Positions 45,942 to 56,140 of a stretch of 64,000 nucleotides of DNA are shown one piece after another. The translations under genes were made by a program, and so were the position numbers. Positions within the stretch are counted from its first letter, which is position 1; each line of letters starts with the position of its first letter. Origin of the DNA: an uncultured Candidatus Saccharibacteria bacterium (GTDB lineage Bacteria > Patescibacteriota > Doudnabacteria > UBA920); NCBI GenBank assembly GCA_964490395.1, contig CAZBAS010000002.1, positions 18,566 through 82,565 on the forward strand, written 5' to 3'. The notes beneath the pieces were generated by a model, which saw nothing but the letters and a program-made list of their open reading frames with translations, did not search any database and had not been told where the DNA came from.

Positions 45942-47884
45942 ATCTTAGCGCGCTTCTCGGGAGCAATGTACATAGGGTCTTCAGGAGTTATACCAAAGGC
46001 ATCGTAGAACCTGTCTACATTTTTTAGTACTCCATTTACTCTAAACTTAGCAGGAGCATGGGGATCTGTAAGCACTTGTTCACGAAGTTTTTGTTCTCGT
46101 TGATTCTCCGCATTGTACAAGGCCATGCTCAAGAAAAATCTTTGTATTGGGGTGAACTTTTCAGACTCACCTTCCGCTGCGCCTTCGGACAAAGCACGTC
46201 GCTCTAATGCGTCTAAGGCAATCTCTACCCCACCAATATCGGAAGTGTTTTCACCGAGCGTAGTAGTTCCGTTGAGTGTTAAGTCCGGAAACACGTGAAA
46301 ATTATTTGCCTGGTCAACAAGCACAGCACAACGGGCCTTAAAGTTTTCTATGTCACGTTCGGAACGCCACGAAATCATATTGCCGTTTATATCGAACTGA
46401 CCACCATGATCATCAAACCCGTGGGTCATTTCGTGACCAATCACCGAACCAATCGCTCCGTAGTTTTCCGCGTCCCCTGCCTGCATGTCAAAAAATGGGG
46501 GCTGAAGAATGCCAGCAGGAAATACAATTTCATTTAAATTGTACCAGTTGTAAGCATTTACATCTTGAGGCTCCATTAGCCATTCTTCTTTATCTACGGG
46601 AGAGCCAAGCTTACGGAAATTCTTTTCAACCTCAAAACGCCTTGCCTCCAATACATTCAGGAGATAGTTATCAGGAGTAACTGTAAGGGACGAATAGTCG
46701 CGCCACTTATTTGGGTAGCCAATTTTAACCCGTGAGGCATGCAGCTTGGCAATTGCCTTTTGCCTTGTCTCCGCCTCCATCCACTCGGTTTTATTGATTC
46801 GCTGTTCAAAGGCTACACGCAAGTCATTTACCAACACTTCCATACGTTCCTTTGCTGCGGGTGGAAAATGTTTATCAACAAATAATTTACCAAGCGGCTC
46901 ACCCACGCTTAAATGCATCATAATAACAACCCGCTTCCAGCGAGGCTGGATAACCTCGGCGCCGCTCAAAACTTTTCCATAGAACAAAAACCGAGCTTCT
47001 TCAAATCGTTCGCCCATGCACGCCGATGCTACGCGTAGTACGTGCCAACGAAGGTAATTTTTCCATGTGTCGAGCGATTTACTTGCGAGAAGTTCATTCA
47101 CCGCTGCAAAAAACTTCGGCTGGTCTACTATGTATTCATGAGGCAATGATAGGTTTTGCGCTGCAAAAAAAGCATCCCACGCTATATTAGGCGTTAACTC
47201 TTTCAATGCCTCCAGACTGAACTTGTTGTATATCGCTTCTAGATCGTGCGCCTCTGTTCTGGTCATGGACGCCTCAGCCAACACAGTTTCAATGGACAAG
47301 ACGTCTTCGACTAGCTTTTCGGTATTTTCCCAGCCCATGAGCGCAGCCATGCGTGGTATGTGAATACGGTACTCCGAACGTATGGTTTCCATATCCGCAC
47401 CCTCACGGAAATAATAGTCACGGTCGGGCAGCCCTAAACCGCTCTGTCGAAATCTAAAAATATACTGCTCGCTGTTTTTATCATCTACATCAATAAAATG
47501 CTCCCAAGGCACTGACCACCCATATTTCTGCATTTTTGCCATGTACGCAATGAGGCCAGCTGCATCCTCCACGCGATCAAGTTCATCAATCCACGATTGA
47601 AGGTACGGTACAGTAACTTCCTCGGGCCTGCTTGGATCTATGGCAGATATATAAAACGACGCAAGCATTCGCTCATGCGACCCTTCAGCCAAATCTGTAC
47701 GCTTGGACAGTTCTTCTAAAATATCATTAAGACGTAACCAGTTATCTTCCCTTACACGTAAAAAAGTGCCCCAGCGACTTTCAGATGCTGGCATGGGATT
47801 TGCAGCGAGCCACCCGCCCACAGCATAATCGTAAAAATCTTCTTTTGGGTTTTTGGTAGTATCTAATTGGCTCCGCGTGTTCAT
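45935..47884 (-). CDS. M13-family zinc metallopeptidase (PepO/neprilysin-like).
   Basis: HExxH (VIGHEMTHGFDD), ENxxDxGG (GENTSDIGG) and N-terminal M13 motifs; 649 aa with no signal peptide evident. Confidence 0.85.
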   Translation of the reverse strand: MNTRSQLDTTKNPKEDFYDYAVGGWLAANPMPASESRWGTFLRVREDNWLRLNDILEELSKRTDLAEGSHERMLASFYISAIDPSRPEEVTVPYLQSWIDELDRVEDAAGLIAYMAKMQKYGWSVPWEHFIDVDDKNSEQYIFRFRQSGLGLPDRDYYFREGADMETIRSEYRIHIPRMAALMGWENTEKLVEDVLSIETVLAEASMTRTEAHDLEAIYNKFSLEALKELTPNIAWDAFFAAQNLSLPHEYIVDQPKFFAAVNELLASKSLDTWKNYLRWHVLRVASACMGERFEEARFLFYGKVLSGAEVIQPRWKRVVIMMHLSVGEPLGKLFVDKHFPPAAKERMEVLVNDLRVAFEQRINKTEWMEAETRQKAIAKLHASRVKIGYPNKWRDYSSLTVTPDNYLLNVLEARRFEVEKNFRKLGSPVDKEEWLMEPQDVNAYNWYNLNEIVFPAGILQPPFFDMQAGDAENYGAIGSVIGHEMTHGFDDHGGQFDINGNMISWRSERDIENFKARCAVLVDQANNFHVFPDLTLNGTTTLGENTSDIGGVEIALDALERRALSEGAAEGESEKFTPIQRFFLSMALYNAENQREQKLREQVLTDPHAPAKFRVNGVLKNVDRFYDAFGITPEDPMYIAPEKRAKIW

Positions 47885-47903
47885 ATAATTTATGGTGTTA
47901 ATT

Positions 47904-48407
47904 CTATCGTACCCAACATTTGCGGGTGTCGGTAAATTTATCTAAAATCACAATTCCTTGGGTATGGTCGTATTCGTGTTGAATAATCTTTGCCAGAAGT
48001 CCGGTAGCCTTAAGAGTGAATGGTTGTAAGTTTTCATCGAACGCCCTCACCTCCACTTCTGCTGGACGCTTAACTGGGCCAAACAGTGTTGCTCGGGCCA
48101 CACTCCCACAGCCTTCTTCTAATATAGTTTGCTTGGATGACTTTTTAGTGATCTTCGCGTTTATGAATACCCGGAAGCCATCTAAATCCTTGGACTTGCG
48201 GCTTTTAGTTTTCCGCACCTCACTCACAAACATTTGCAAACCTACCCCAATTTGCGGCGCTGCTATGCCGACTAAATCTGTAGCCACCATAGAGTCACGC
48301 AAATCTTTGATAAGCTTTTTTATTCCTGCTTTGTCTTGTAGGTTCACGGGTTTCGCCTTCGCGCGAATAACCGCCTCCCCTACCTGGGATATTTTCTTTA
48401 TTGCCAT
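47904..48407 (-). CDS. def: Peptide deformylase.
   Basis: Motifs GIAAPQIG, EGCGS and QHEYDHTQG (HExxH). Confidence 0.85.
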   Translation of the reverse strand: MAIKKISQVGEAVIRAKAKPVNLQDKAGIKKLIKDLRDSMVATDLVGIAAPQIGVGLQMFVSEVRKTKSRKSKDLDGFRVFINAKITKKSSKQTILEEGCGSVARATLFGPVKRPAEVEVRAFDENLQPFTLKATGLLAKIIQHEYDHTQGIVILDKFTDTRKCWVR

Positions 48408-48457
48408 ATATATTATAAAAAATACTAGACAGTATTAAAGTAAACTACATGCGTATA

Positions 48458-49111
48458 TTATCTTTTTGCATAGACACAAAGTTCCGGTGCGTTAACAGCA
48501 GAAAGCCAAGCCCGGCAGAAGTGCTCGACGGTTTCCACCCGCGCTGCTCGAGGTGTGACAGGGCGAGGATCGTGAAAAACTACAGACGAATCGGTTACCT
48601 CTAACACAACTACACGATGTAGGGAGAAGCCTGTTTTTCCATCTAGAGCCCGAGCATCTAGCACCACTTCGCACACAGCCCCTTGCGCAATCGCATGTTG
48701 CAAGTCAGCAAATGTGGGCTTTCTTCTTACATACACAAAGCCTGGCTTATCAAAAATCTGCGGAATGAGAGCACTCAAAGCGTGGATATCATGCGTGGCA
48801 TTGAGATAAAAATCATATTCTTCTTTAGGAACCGATTCTTTAAGCCCAGTCAAACCACGCAAAGCCCACGCCTCATAGTCTATAAGGTCATAGTCGGTTA
48901 TGGTAATACCCTCCTGTAAAAGAAAATCCCAAAATTTGAACCCCCACACCGCCTTGCCAGGATGCCAATCTACAATTATAGCAACTTCATCAATGCTGAC
49001 ATGTAGGTTAAAATAGCTCGCAACCATAGCATGTGAAGCAAGGGCACAACTATAATCATCTGGCGGTTGTATATAAGGAATTTCCAACATATTGCTTACA
49101 TAGCATATCAA
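48458..49111 (-). CDS. Papain-like cysteine peptidase, C39-like domain protein.
   Basis: IPYIQPPDDYSCALASHAMVASYF matches the C39-like catalytic Cys region; His/Asp candidates lie downstream (HRVVVLEV). Confidence 0.4.
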   Translation of the reverse strand: MICYVSNMLEIPYIQPPDDYSCALASHAMVASYFNLHVSIDEVAIIVDWHPGKAVWGFKFWDFLLQEGITITDYDLIDYEAWALRGLTGLKESVPKEEYDFYLNATHDIHALSALIPQIFDKPGFVYVRRKPTFADLQHAIAQGAVCEVVLDARALDGKTGFSLHRVVVLEVTDSSVVFHDPRPVTPRAARVETVEHFCRAWLSAVNAPELCVYAKR

Positions 49112-49140
49112 AAAGTCGTCATTTTGACGACTTGATTGTT

Positions 49141-49845
49141 TTAAGCCAATACCTTGTCTAATTGCTCGCGTATGCTAGCATTCGAGATAAAATTATGCGG
49201 TCTAAGAGTGGCCCCACCAGCATACTCGTCTACACCCTCTCCAAAATACTGCTGCATAACTTCCTCGTATGGACGCTTTTCCCAGCTCTGTGCTTTGTAG
49301 ACATCATCAACACTAGCGAGCAAAGCATTGAGCTCCGCCGCACTGGCTTCTAAGTGATAGGCGTATACGGTCTGGAATTCATTGGTTGTAGAATTCTCGT
49401 GTGTTCCGAGCTGGTGCAACTGCTCTGCGTATATGCGTGCATGAGGCACAGCAGTTTCCTCAGCAACCTTGGCAAGAGCCAATTCATCTAGCGGCACCGC
49501 CTCATAGTGGTCACCAGAAAGCACAGCTCTTCGCTGCGCAGCCACACTTGCCAGGTCTAATTTATTTGGCTCCCAGCGCATGGCGCTACTTCGCTTTTGC
49601 AAAAATATATTCCGCTGAGCATCGTACAGCATTACCAAGATAGAATCGTGAGGAAATAATTTTCTAAACTCGTCTACTATAACAGCGCTCCCTGCATGGT
49701 CCATGTATGCATAGTGCTCTACCGTTTCACCCTCCGTGCTTGTGTACACAAGCACATCACCAACACCTCGTACAAGATTATACTCTTGAGGTAATAGAAT
49801 TGGAGTAACAACTCCTGGTAAAAAATGCTCGGCAAAATTTTTCAT
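49141..49845 (-). CDS. Hypothetical protein (possible degenerate Nudix-like fold).
   Basis: ORF with a plausible start; weak REx2EE-like segment (LALAKVAEETAV) but no canonical Nudix box. Confidence 0.35.
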   Translation of the reverse strand: MKNFAEHFLPGVVTPILLPQEYNLVRGVGDVLVYTSTEGETVEHYAYMDHAGSAVIVDEFRKLFPHDSILVMLYDAQRNIFLQKRSSAMRWEPNKLDLASVAAQRRAVLSGDHYEAVPLDELALAKVAEETAVPHARIYAEQLHQLGTHENSTTNEFQTVYAYHLEASAAELNALLASVDDVYKAQSWEKRPYEEVMQQYFGEGVDEYAGGATLRPHNFISNASIREQLDKVLA

Positions 49846-49859
49846 CTTAGAGTGGTGTA

Positions 49860-50333
49860 TTAATATCCAGTAGGTGGTTTTGTCTTTGGACCTAGGTGCA
49901 CTAAATGCAGTGCTTCTATGCTTTGTAGCATGACGGCTAAATCTTTTTTTAGCTCTTCGGTATTTAGACCTTGTTCAGCCACTTTTTCCAGTACGTAGGT
50001 TTCCGTTTTATCAAAATCGTTTTTAAATTTTGTATTTACATCTTTCCACGCAATGCCCGAGAGTGCCTTGGCCCATGTTTCTTGGTACGAGATAGTCCCT
50101 TGTGCGCACAAGAACGTTATGGCTGGATAGCCAAGATACCCCTGCCAGTAAGAGCCATTATCATTGCACATAATTGCAGAGGTTTCTGGGTCATACGTTA
50201 CAGTATAAAATTTACCACGACTCGAAGAGTACACTTTCGCGGTATTACCATCTATCTCTATGCGACCATCCCCCAATGCCCCCAACGCTTCGTAGAGTTT
50301 AATAATAGGTGGAGTTTTCCAGGTAAGAGCCAT
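49860..50333 (-). CDS. Hypothetical protein.
   Basis: 157-aa ORF tightly packed in the minus-strand gene run; no family recognised. Confidence 0.35.
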   Translation of the reverse strand: MALTWKTPPIIKLYEALGALGDGRIEIDGNTAKVYSSSRGKFYTVTYDPETSAIMCNDNGSYWQGYLGYPAITFLCAQGTISYQETWAKALSGIAWKDVNTKFKNDFDKTETYVLEKVAEQGLNTEELKKDLAVMLQSIEALHLVHLGPKTKPPTGY

Positions 50334-50357
50334 ATATATTATATAAGTAATGAAATA

Positions 50358-50984
50358 TTATAGTAATGTATTTTCTACAGACTGTATACCCACCGGCGCC
50401 GGGGACAAAGCAGCCTTAATGCGAGCGTCTATTTGCTGTAAATCATGTTCGCTATGGAAATCCATCCCAGTGCGGTCAATGACCAATGCTCCATACTCTG
50501 CCGCCAACTGAATAAAATTTTCCTGCACACGCACTGCTTGTTCGGCAATGGAAACTACTTCCTCCGACACCCTCCCCCGCTGCGCAATGTACGCTGCAAG
50601 AATTTCTGGCTTTGCCACTAGCACCACAGTTAGGTCTGCAGGCGTTACTTCAAGCTGCACAATAAGATCCTGAAGCTCTTGAGTATGCGCATTTGGAGAT
50701 ATGGCTGCATAACTACGAATGGTTATAGGGCTGGCATTGTCTACAAAACTATTTGTTCCCAAAGTAGAGATGGCATGGGCGCACTGAAGCGATGCCATGT
50801 ACTGCCCCACAAACCAGCGCTCGCGCCCTACCGGGTCTTCGGTAATTAAGTTACTCGTTACCACTTCTGGGAACACGCCCTCCTCACCTTCAAAAAAAGC
50901 CGGCGCCCTGTTTAGTGCTGCAAGCTGCCGCACCAAGGTAGATTTCCCCACCCCCGCGCAACCAATTATAGATATGACTGCCAT
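50358..50984 (-). CDS. P-loop NTPase/kinase (deoxynucleoside-kinase-like or AAA-family).
   Basis: Walker A GCAGVGKST at the N-terminus; 208 aa. Confidence 0.5.
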   Translation of the reverse strand: MAVISIIGCAGVGKSTLVRQLAALNRAPAFFEGEEGVFPEVVTSNLITEDPVGRERWFVGQYMASLQCAHAISTLGTNSFVDNASPITIRSYAAISPNAHTQELQDLIVQLEVTPADLTVVLVAKPEILAAYIAQRGRVSEEVVSIAEQAVRVQENFIQLAAEYGALVIDRTGMDFHSEHDLQQIDARIKAALSPAPVGIQSVENTLL

Positions 50985-51044
50985 ACGGTTTAGTTAAAAG
51001 TGTATAAAGTTCTTACTGTTTGTAAAGTCAGAGATCAGAAGTGC

Positions 51045-51653
51045 CTAATGCACCTTTACACCCAATTCGCCCAAGCGAGACATAAATGCATCGAACGTTG
51101 TGTAATGTAATGTTTCAATGCCAAGCTTTGTCGCGGTTTCTATGGCAGCATCGTAGTCATCCGCATAAAATATTTCGCCTGCAGACACCCCCGATTTTTC
51201 AATAAGCGCTTCAAATAATTCTTTTTGTGGTTTTATAGCTCCTACCTCGCTCGATATGACCGAAACATCAAAGTTATCGAGAAAACCAAAGCGCTTGTGC
51301 AGACCGTTAATACGCGCAGGGAAATTATTGGTACAGATGAGTGTTTTATACCCACGGCCCCGCACTTTTTTTACTACAGCAACCACATCGTTATCTACTT
51401 CGTATCCCTGTATAAGCAGGTCAATAATTTCTTGTGCTGACATGGAAAGTTTCCACTCAGCAAGAGCCCATGACCAGAACTCTTCGTCCGTCATGGCACC
51501 AGTCTTATACTGGAAATTCATTTCATCACTCGACAAAAACACCCGCCTTGCCTCTTCCTCGCTTACCCCCAACTCGCCCAAACTCTTTATAAAGTTTGAT
51601 TTACCCTTCACAAAATACACACCATCTAAATCAAATGTAATTGCTTTTATCAT
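51045..51653 (-). CDS. HAD-superfamily hydrolase.
   Basis: Motif I FDLDGV, motif II/III pattern (...CTNN..., ...ADD...); 202 aa. Confidence 0.7.
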   Translation of the reverse strand: MIKAITFDLDGVYFVKGKSNFIKSLGELGVSEEEARRVFLSSDEMNFQYKTGAMTDEEFWSWALAEWKLSMSAQEIIDLLIQGYEVDNDVVAVVKKVRGRGYKTLICTNNFPARINGLHKRFGFLDNFDVSVISSEVGAIKPQKELFEALIEKSGVSAGEIFYADDYDAAIETATKLGIETLHYTTFDAFMSRLGELGVKVH

Positions 51654-51658
51654 AGCTA

Positions 51659-52138
51659 TTACTTTATTGGGTTTGTAGTAAAGTATTGCAGCAGCCCATG
51701 AATGTACGGCTTGCGCTGCTCCGGAGTAGACACTTCGGTATTATAGACAAAGTTTGTCCAATCATCGTTCTCAAAACGGGGATATACGTGGAGATGATAA
51801 TGAAATGCATGCTGGTTACTTGCTGGCTCATTGTTTTGTAACAGAGTAACACCGTCGCACTTTCTCACTTCTTTAAGTGCAACTGCCAATTGTCGTGCAA
51901 CACTCATAATGCGCGCGGCGAGCCCATCGGGCAATGTGTACACGTTCTCAAAATGTTCATTCGGGACAATAATTAAGTGCCCAGGGTTGTTCTTTACAAA
52001 TTTAGAATTTACAAAAACACTCACCATGGAATCTCGGTATATCAAATCTTCTATCTTAAGCATGGTCGCTTCGCTCTCGACGCCGTCTACGCCTAAACAA
52101 ATAGGACAATTATAGTTTTCCGGTGCATGATTATACAT
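51659..52138 (-). CDS. HIT-family nucleotide hydrolase/transferase.
   Basis: Histidine triad HYHLHVYPR; 159 aa. Confidence 0.7.
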   Translation of the reverse strand: MYNHAPENYNCPICLGVDGVESEATMLKIEDLIYRDSMVSVFVNSKFVKNNPGHLIIVPNEHFENVYTLPDGLAARIMSVARQLAVALKEVRKCDGVTLLQNNEPASNQHAFHYHLHVYPRFENDDWTNFVYNTEVSTPEQRKPYIHGLLQYFTTNPIK

Positions 52139-52142
52139 ATAT

Positions 52143-53216
52143 CTAAAATTTCTTCTTACTTTCCATTTCCTTACTCGGCGTAAACTTCAAATCTATACTC
52201 ATTAGCACATATGCCTTCTCTACCGCAACCGATAGCGCTTCAAAATCTTTGTAGCCACCTTCTTTTATTCTAGCCACCACTTCGTCCATCTCGATATCAA
52301 ATTCCGCAACAGTAGGATTATGTGCGCTAAAAAAATTCTTTAGTGCCCGCCCAAGCCTTTTGTTTTGCAACTCTACGAACTTCTTCATTGTATATTCGGG
52401 GCTACTCTCTTCCAGCGGCACGCCACTGGCTGGCTTAGACCTTTCCCACAATTCATTCAGCGTCTCCCGCACCGTAATAACCGGATTACTTGTACCCGTT
52501 ACGGAAATGCTGTTGGCCGCTACTTCCATATCACCTCCATAATCTTTCATTGCCCGCATCACATCTTCAGATTCATTATACAACTCATTATACGCAGCCC
52601 AAGGCTCACGACCTTCTTGGACATGGAAAGAAATAGTTCCATATGGAGTTACCACGTGACTCTCTGCATTCTTATATTTATACGCAGCGTACGCGTTCAT
52701 CATTACGTCAGAATGTGCCCACCGGGAATCGTTAAAATAGGGCAAGTACGCCATCCACGTCTCGTGTGAAAGCAAGCGTTTACTTTCAATATCCTTACGA
52801 ATCTTTTCTTCCTCCGCTTTTGCTTCTGTTATTTTAGGTAAGACAGCAGATCCGACTCTGTATAAGTCAATTACAGCATCAGAGCTATTTGCTTCTTTAT
52901 TTATAACTGTGAGCAAACGACTAAAGTGTACAACGTCTTTATCTTCACCGTCGCTTTTTTCCTTATGGCCATCGTAGCTATCCACTGCCCATGCCTCTTT
53001 TTTATTATGAATGTACAAGGCAGTATTAATTTCCGGACGTGCGTGCCCAGCAAACTCCAAGAGCTGCGCTTCACCTTTTTCCTGACTCTGCGTCCGATCA
53101 AACTCAGCTGACCGCTCTTTTTTCTCCTGTTTCACATTTTGCCCAAACGCCGTATGCTCAACGGCAAACATTCCTGTTGCCATACCCGCACCAACCATGA
53201 ACTCTCTTCTATTCAT
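52143..53216 (-). CDS. Tat-signal secreted hypothetical protein.
   Basis: Twin-arginine motif MNRREFMVGAGMATGMFA; 357 aa, Glu/Lys-rich; no family recognised. Confidence 0.5.
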   Translation of the reverse strand: MNRREFMVGAGMATGMFAVEHTAFGQNVKQEKKERSAEFDRTQSQEKGEAQLLEFAGHARPEINTALYIHNKKEAWAVDSYDGHKEKSDGEDKDVVHFSRLLTVINKEANSSDAVIDLYRVGSAVLPKITEAKAEEEKIRKDIESKRLLSHETWMAYLPYFNDSRWAHSDVMMNAYAAYKYKNAESHVVTPYGTISFHVQEGREPWAAYNELYNESEDVMRAMKDYGGDMEVAANSISVTGTSNPVITVRETLNELWERSKPASGVPLEESSPEYTMKKFVELQNKRLGRALKNFFSAHNPTVAEFDIEMDEVVARIKEGGYKDFEALSVAVEKAYVLMSIDLKFTPSKEMESKKKF

Positions 53217-53228
53217 ACAATGTCCCAG

Positions 53229-53609
53229 TTACTGGCTTAACTGCAAGATATCACTTGGCTTTATTTGCTCTATCTGCTGAGGTGTTACGTGCGCGGTGGA
53301 AAAGAGTGACTTGGTAAATAAGCTAATGAGTACAAGTGACACTACTGTGAGGATGATGCACATGTACGCAGCATGGTGACCATCATCATAGTCCGAAAAA
53401 TAAAACTTGATAGCAAAAATAAGACCAAACGGTGGGGCACCAAGCGCAATGGCAAAAGCCAGCCGTTTCTGGTTAGTAGGCACCAAATTGCTTTGGTGGT
53501 TCTGCAGCACATTTGCCATAAGCGCGGCTACATCTACATTCTTATTTTCTTTAGCCAGCTGTGCTATTTCGGAAACTTGATCTTCTAATTTGCGTTCTGA
53601 AGTTTGCAT
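53229..53609 (-). CDS. Hypothetical membrane protein (2 TM).
   Basis: Hydrophobic segments LAFAIALGAPPFGLIFAI and YMCIILTVVSLVLISLF. Confidence 0.4.
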   Translation of the reverse strand: MQTSERKLEDQVSEIAQLAKENKNVDVAALMANVLQNHQSNLVPTNQKRLAFAIALGAPPFGLIFAIKFYFSDYDDGHHAAYMCIILTVVSLVLISLFTKSLFSTAHVTPQQIEQIKPSDILQLSQ

Positions 53610-53693
53610 AAAATTAGTATAGCTCCTTTAGCGCTCACTGCAAAAAACCTAATATATATTGAAAAAATTACTTACTGTGGGCCTGCATCTTAT

Positions 53694-54614
53694 TCAGACA
53701 TTTTTTTGCAACACAGTGACCATGTAGCAAAACAGTCCTTGACGCATGCTTTCAGGCATAAGGTATCCGGCAGGCGCATTATAGACAACCGCTGACGGTA
53801 GCACTAGCCGTACGAGCTTTGCAAGGAGCGGATGATTGAAAAATAAAGCGGCCAATTTTTCAAAGCGCTCCATACTGGGGATAACAAACAACGATACATC
53901 TTGTTCATCGGCTACGGTAAACCCTACTTCTTTTGCAGTAGAGCGAAACGAAAGGAACGGCTCAAACCGCTCCACGCTCATACCTTTTTCTACCAGCCCC
54001 TTCACTTCGCGCTCATCGGTAGATAAGTCGCTATCTACTTTCTTTGCATACCCATCCACCACTATACACACACCGCCGGGTTTTAGCACCCGGTACACTT
54101 CCGTAAGGACCAGCTGTTTACGGATACTGTGACAGAGAGCTTCTATGACAAATACCACGTCGAAAGAAGCATCCTTAAACTGACTTAGATCATGGTAGTC
54201 CCCCTTGCTTGGAAAAAAATTTTCAAGCAACCGCGCCTTCTTTTGGGCCAGACTTAACTGCGCGCTCGAAATATCTATTCCGTAAAATTTCGCATCCGGT
54301 CTCTGTCCGGCAATGTACGCCGAATTAGCACCCCTCCCGGTTGCAAGTTCCAGCACCTGTGCGCCTGGCACCCACGGTATATATCGCGCTACTATTCGAG
54401 AATGTTCACGCAAATCATCCTCGCTATACACCCCGCTTCGGCTTATACCCATATGCAGAAACCCTGAGCGAGTATGAAAGAGCGAGTACATCCATTTATT
54501 TATTTTGTAATAATGTTGTATGTACTCTACGCCTGCTTCTGTGCGGAGAATTTTCTCAACGTCAAAAACTTTTCGTATCTGTGCCAGTCTTTCTCTAAAT
54601 GAGCGTGCGGCCAT
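53694..54614 (-). CDS. Class I SAM-dependent methyltransferase.
   Basis: Motif I VLELATGRGANSAYI and motif post-I/II ...LKPGGVCIVVD. Confidence 0.7.
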   Translation of the reverse strand: MAARSFRERLAQIRKVFDVEKILRTEAGVEYIQHYYKINKWMYSLFHTRSGFLHMGISRSGVYSEDDLREHSRIVARYIPWVPGAQVLELATGRGANSAYIAGQRPDAKFYGIDISSAQLSLAQKKARLLENFFPSKGDYHDLSQFKDASFDVVFVIEALCHSIRKQLVLTEVYRVLKPGGVCIVVDGYAKKVDSDLSTDEREVKGLVEKGMSVERFEPFLSFRSTAKEVGFTVADEQDVSLFVIPSMERFEKLAALFFNHPLLAKLVRLVLPSAVVYNAPAGYLMPESMRQGLFCYMVTVLQKNV

Positions 54615-54651
54615 ATGACAGTATTGTTATGTATAAAAGTGCGGCAGCGCT

Positions 54652-55509
54652 TTAGATACTACTTGCAAGCAATGCTTGTACGGCCTCCAAAAGCATGCGA
54701 TCTTGCTCATACTCCACATTGAGCGTGCGGTTGTAGAATTCGTACCGCCCTGCCGTTGAGTTACGCACCAACTCTACCACAACCCTTGCATATGCTTCCG
54801 TTGTTTCTCTTGATGGCAATGAGATATATCTATGGTTAAATACCAGACGCAATAAAAGCTGAGTAGGCACCCAATGCTCAAAAAACTGTGGAGCATGTAT
54901 TTGGCGAGCAACAATGGCTAGCACAGTAGGAGTGCCGCTTAACAAAGCTTTAAACAATCTCCTATTGCCATCTATAACTCTTAGCTTAGACTCTGTCTCT
55001 ACAACCAAAATAGGAAAATGGTTACGCTCTACGGTTTCGGCTTCTGCAGAGTGTAGATATTGTTCTGCCTGACTACGTACGTTACTGCCTGCAGGGGTGT
55101 GTAAAAAATCAGACACTGCTTTGGCTGAGGGCCTCTTGCCAAGGGTTGCAAATTCTTGGAAAGTGGTGCCGAACCACAGCTCTTCTACGCTTTGGTCTAC
55201 TTTTTCAATGCTCATGTTACGTGACGTAAGCCAAGGGACAATGTGTTTTAATTTAAAGCCCCCAGAAATTGCATCTACGCCATTCCAAAAGTCTCTCACT
55301 GGCGCAAGGAGTTTGCTTTCGTCAAACCACTGAGTGACGTCGCTATCTATAGTCTCCCACAGAGCAACATCGCGCACATGCGGAAATAATTTTCTTAGCT
55401 CATGCTGCACATATCCCACCGCAACTTCTCGGCGAATCGGATCGTATAAATGTGGCAAATATTCTTCTGTATGTTGCATATATTTAGATGTTACAAGTAA
55501 TATATTCAC
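54652..55509 (-). CDS. Hypothetical protein (possible ParB/sulfiredoxin-like segment).
   Basis: 285-aa ORF; RVIDGNRRLFKALLSG weakly resembles the ParB/Srx fold motif; low confidence. Confidence 0.35.
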   Translation of the reverse strand: MNILLVTSKYMQHTEEYLPHLYDPIRREVAVGYVQHELRKLFPHVRDVALWETIDSDVTQWFDESKLLAPVRDFWNGVDAISGGFKLKHIVPWLTSRNMSIEKVDQSVEELWFGTTFQEFATLGKRPSAKAVSDFLHTPAGSNVRSQAEQYLHSAEAETVERNHFPILVVETESKLRVIDGNRRLFKALLSGTPTVLAIVARQIHAPQFFEHWVPTQLLLRLVFNHRYISLPSRETTEAYARVVVELVRNSTAGRYEFYNRTLNVEYEQDRMLLEAVQALLASSI

Positions 55510-56140
55510 CCTCGCCTACAATGCTTACAGCGTTATCCACCACCTCAAGCGCAGATTGGTCATCGAGCGCATATAATGGCTGGCCAATCTCGCGCGCCAC
55601 TTGCTCTACATAGTCTTTACGAACCTTAGTGAAGTAGGGAGAATTTAAGTGTGGACGAAATTGGAAGTCAACAAAGCCCAAACCTTTATTACTGGCTGGT
55701 TGGCCATTTTCTTCCTCATATATTTTAGACTGACTCACTAGAATCTCACGAGAAGCCACCATACTTCCTGCACTAATACCCACATACACCCTGGTTTGTA
55801 GTAAACCGCTCAGCAATTCGGCTAATCCGGACTTATGTAATTGGGAAGCTAAATAGTAGGTATTGCCCCCACCAAACAGTAATACATGCGCCATTTCTAA
55901 ACGAGGTAACCAGACTTCCTTCGGTAGTGCTGCAATATCTACTATGTCTACCATGTTAAACCCTAGTGCACCACAACGAGAAAAATCATCTATAAGCCAA
56001 GATTTATCTCCCTCTTCCATGTTTGCGGCAGTGGGCACGAATACTAAATTGGTTTCAGAAAAAGGCCTTCCCAGTAGCCGCTGCAAAGAACTTATTATGG
56101 TAGGATTTGTGAGTCCTGCAGATGTGAGTAGTAACTTCAT
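55484..56140 (-). CDS. Peptidase E-like (S51 family, class I glutamine amidotransferase-like fold).
   Basis: LLFGGGNTYYL and the nucleophile motif GISAGSMV; 218 aa. Confidence 0.6.
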   Translation of the reverse strand: MKLLLTSAGLTNPTIISSLQRLLGRPFSETNLVFVPTAANMEEGDKSWLIDDFSRCGALGFNMVDIVDIAALPKEVWLPRLEMAHVLLFGGGNTYYLASQLHKSGLAELLSGLLQTRVYVGISAGSMVASREILVSQSKIYEEENGQPASNKGLGFVDFQFRPHLNSPYFTKVRKDYVEQVAREIGQPLYALDDQSALEVVDNAVSIVGEGEYITCNI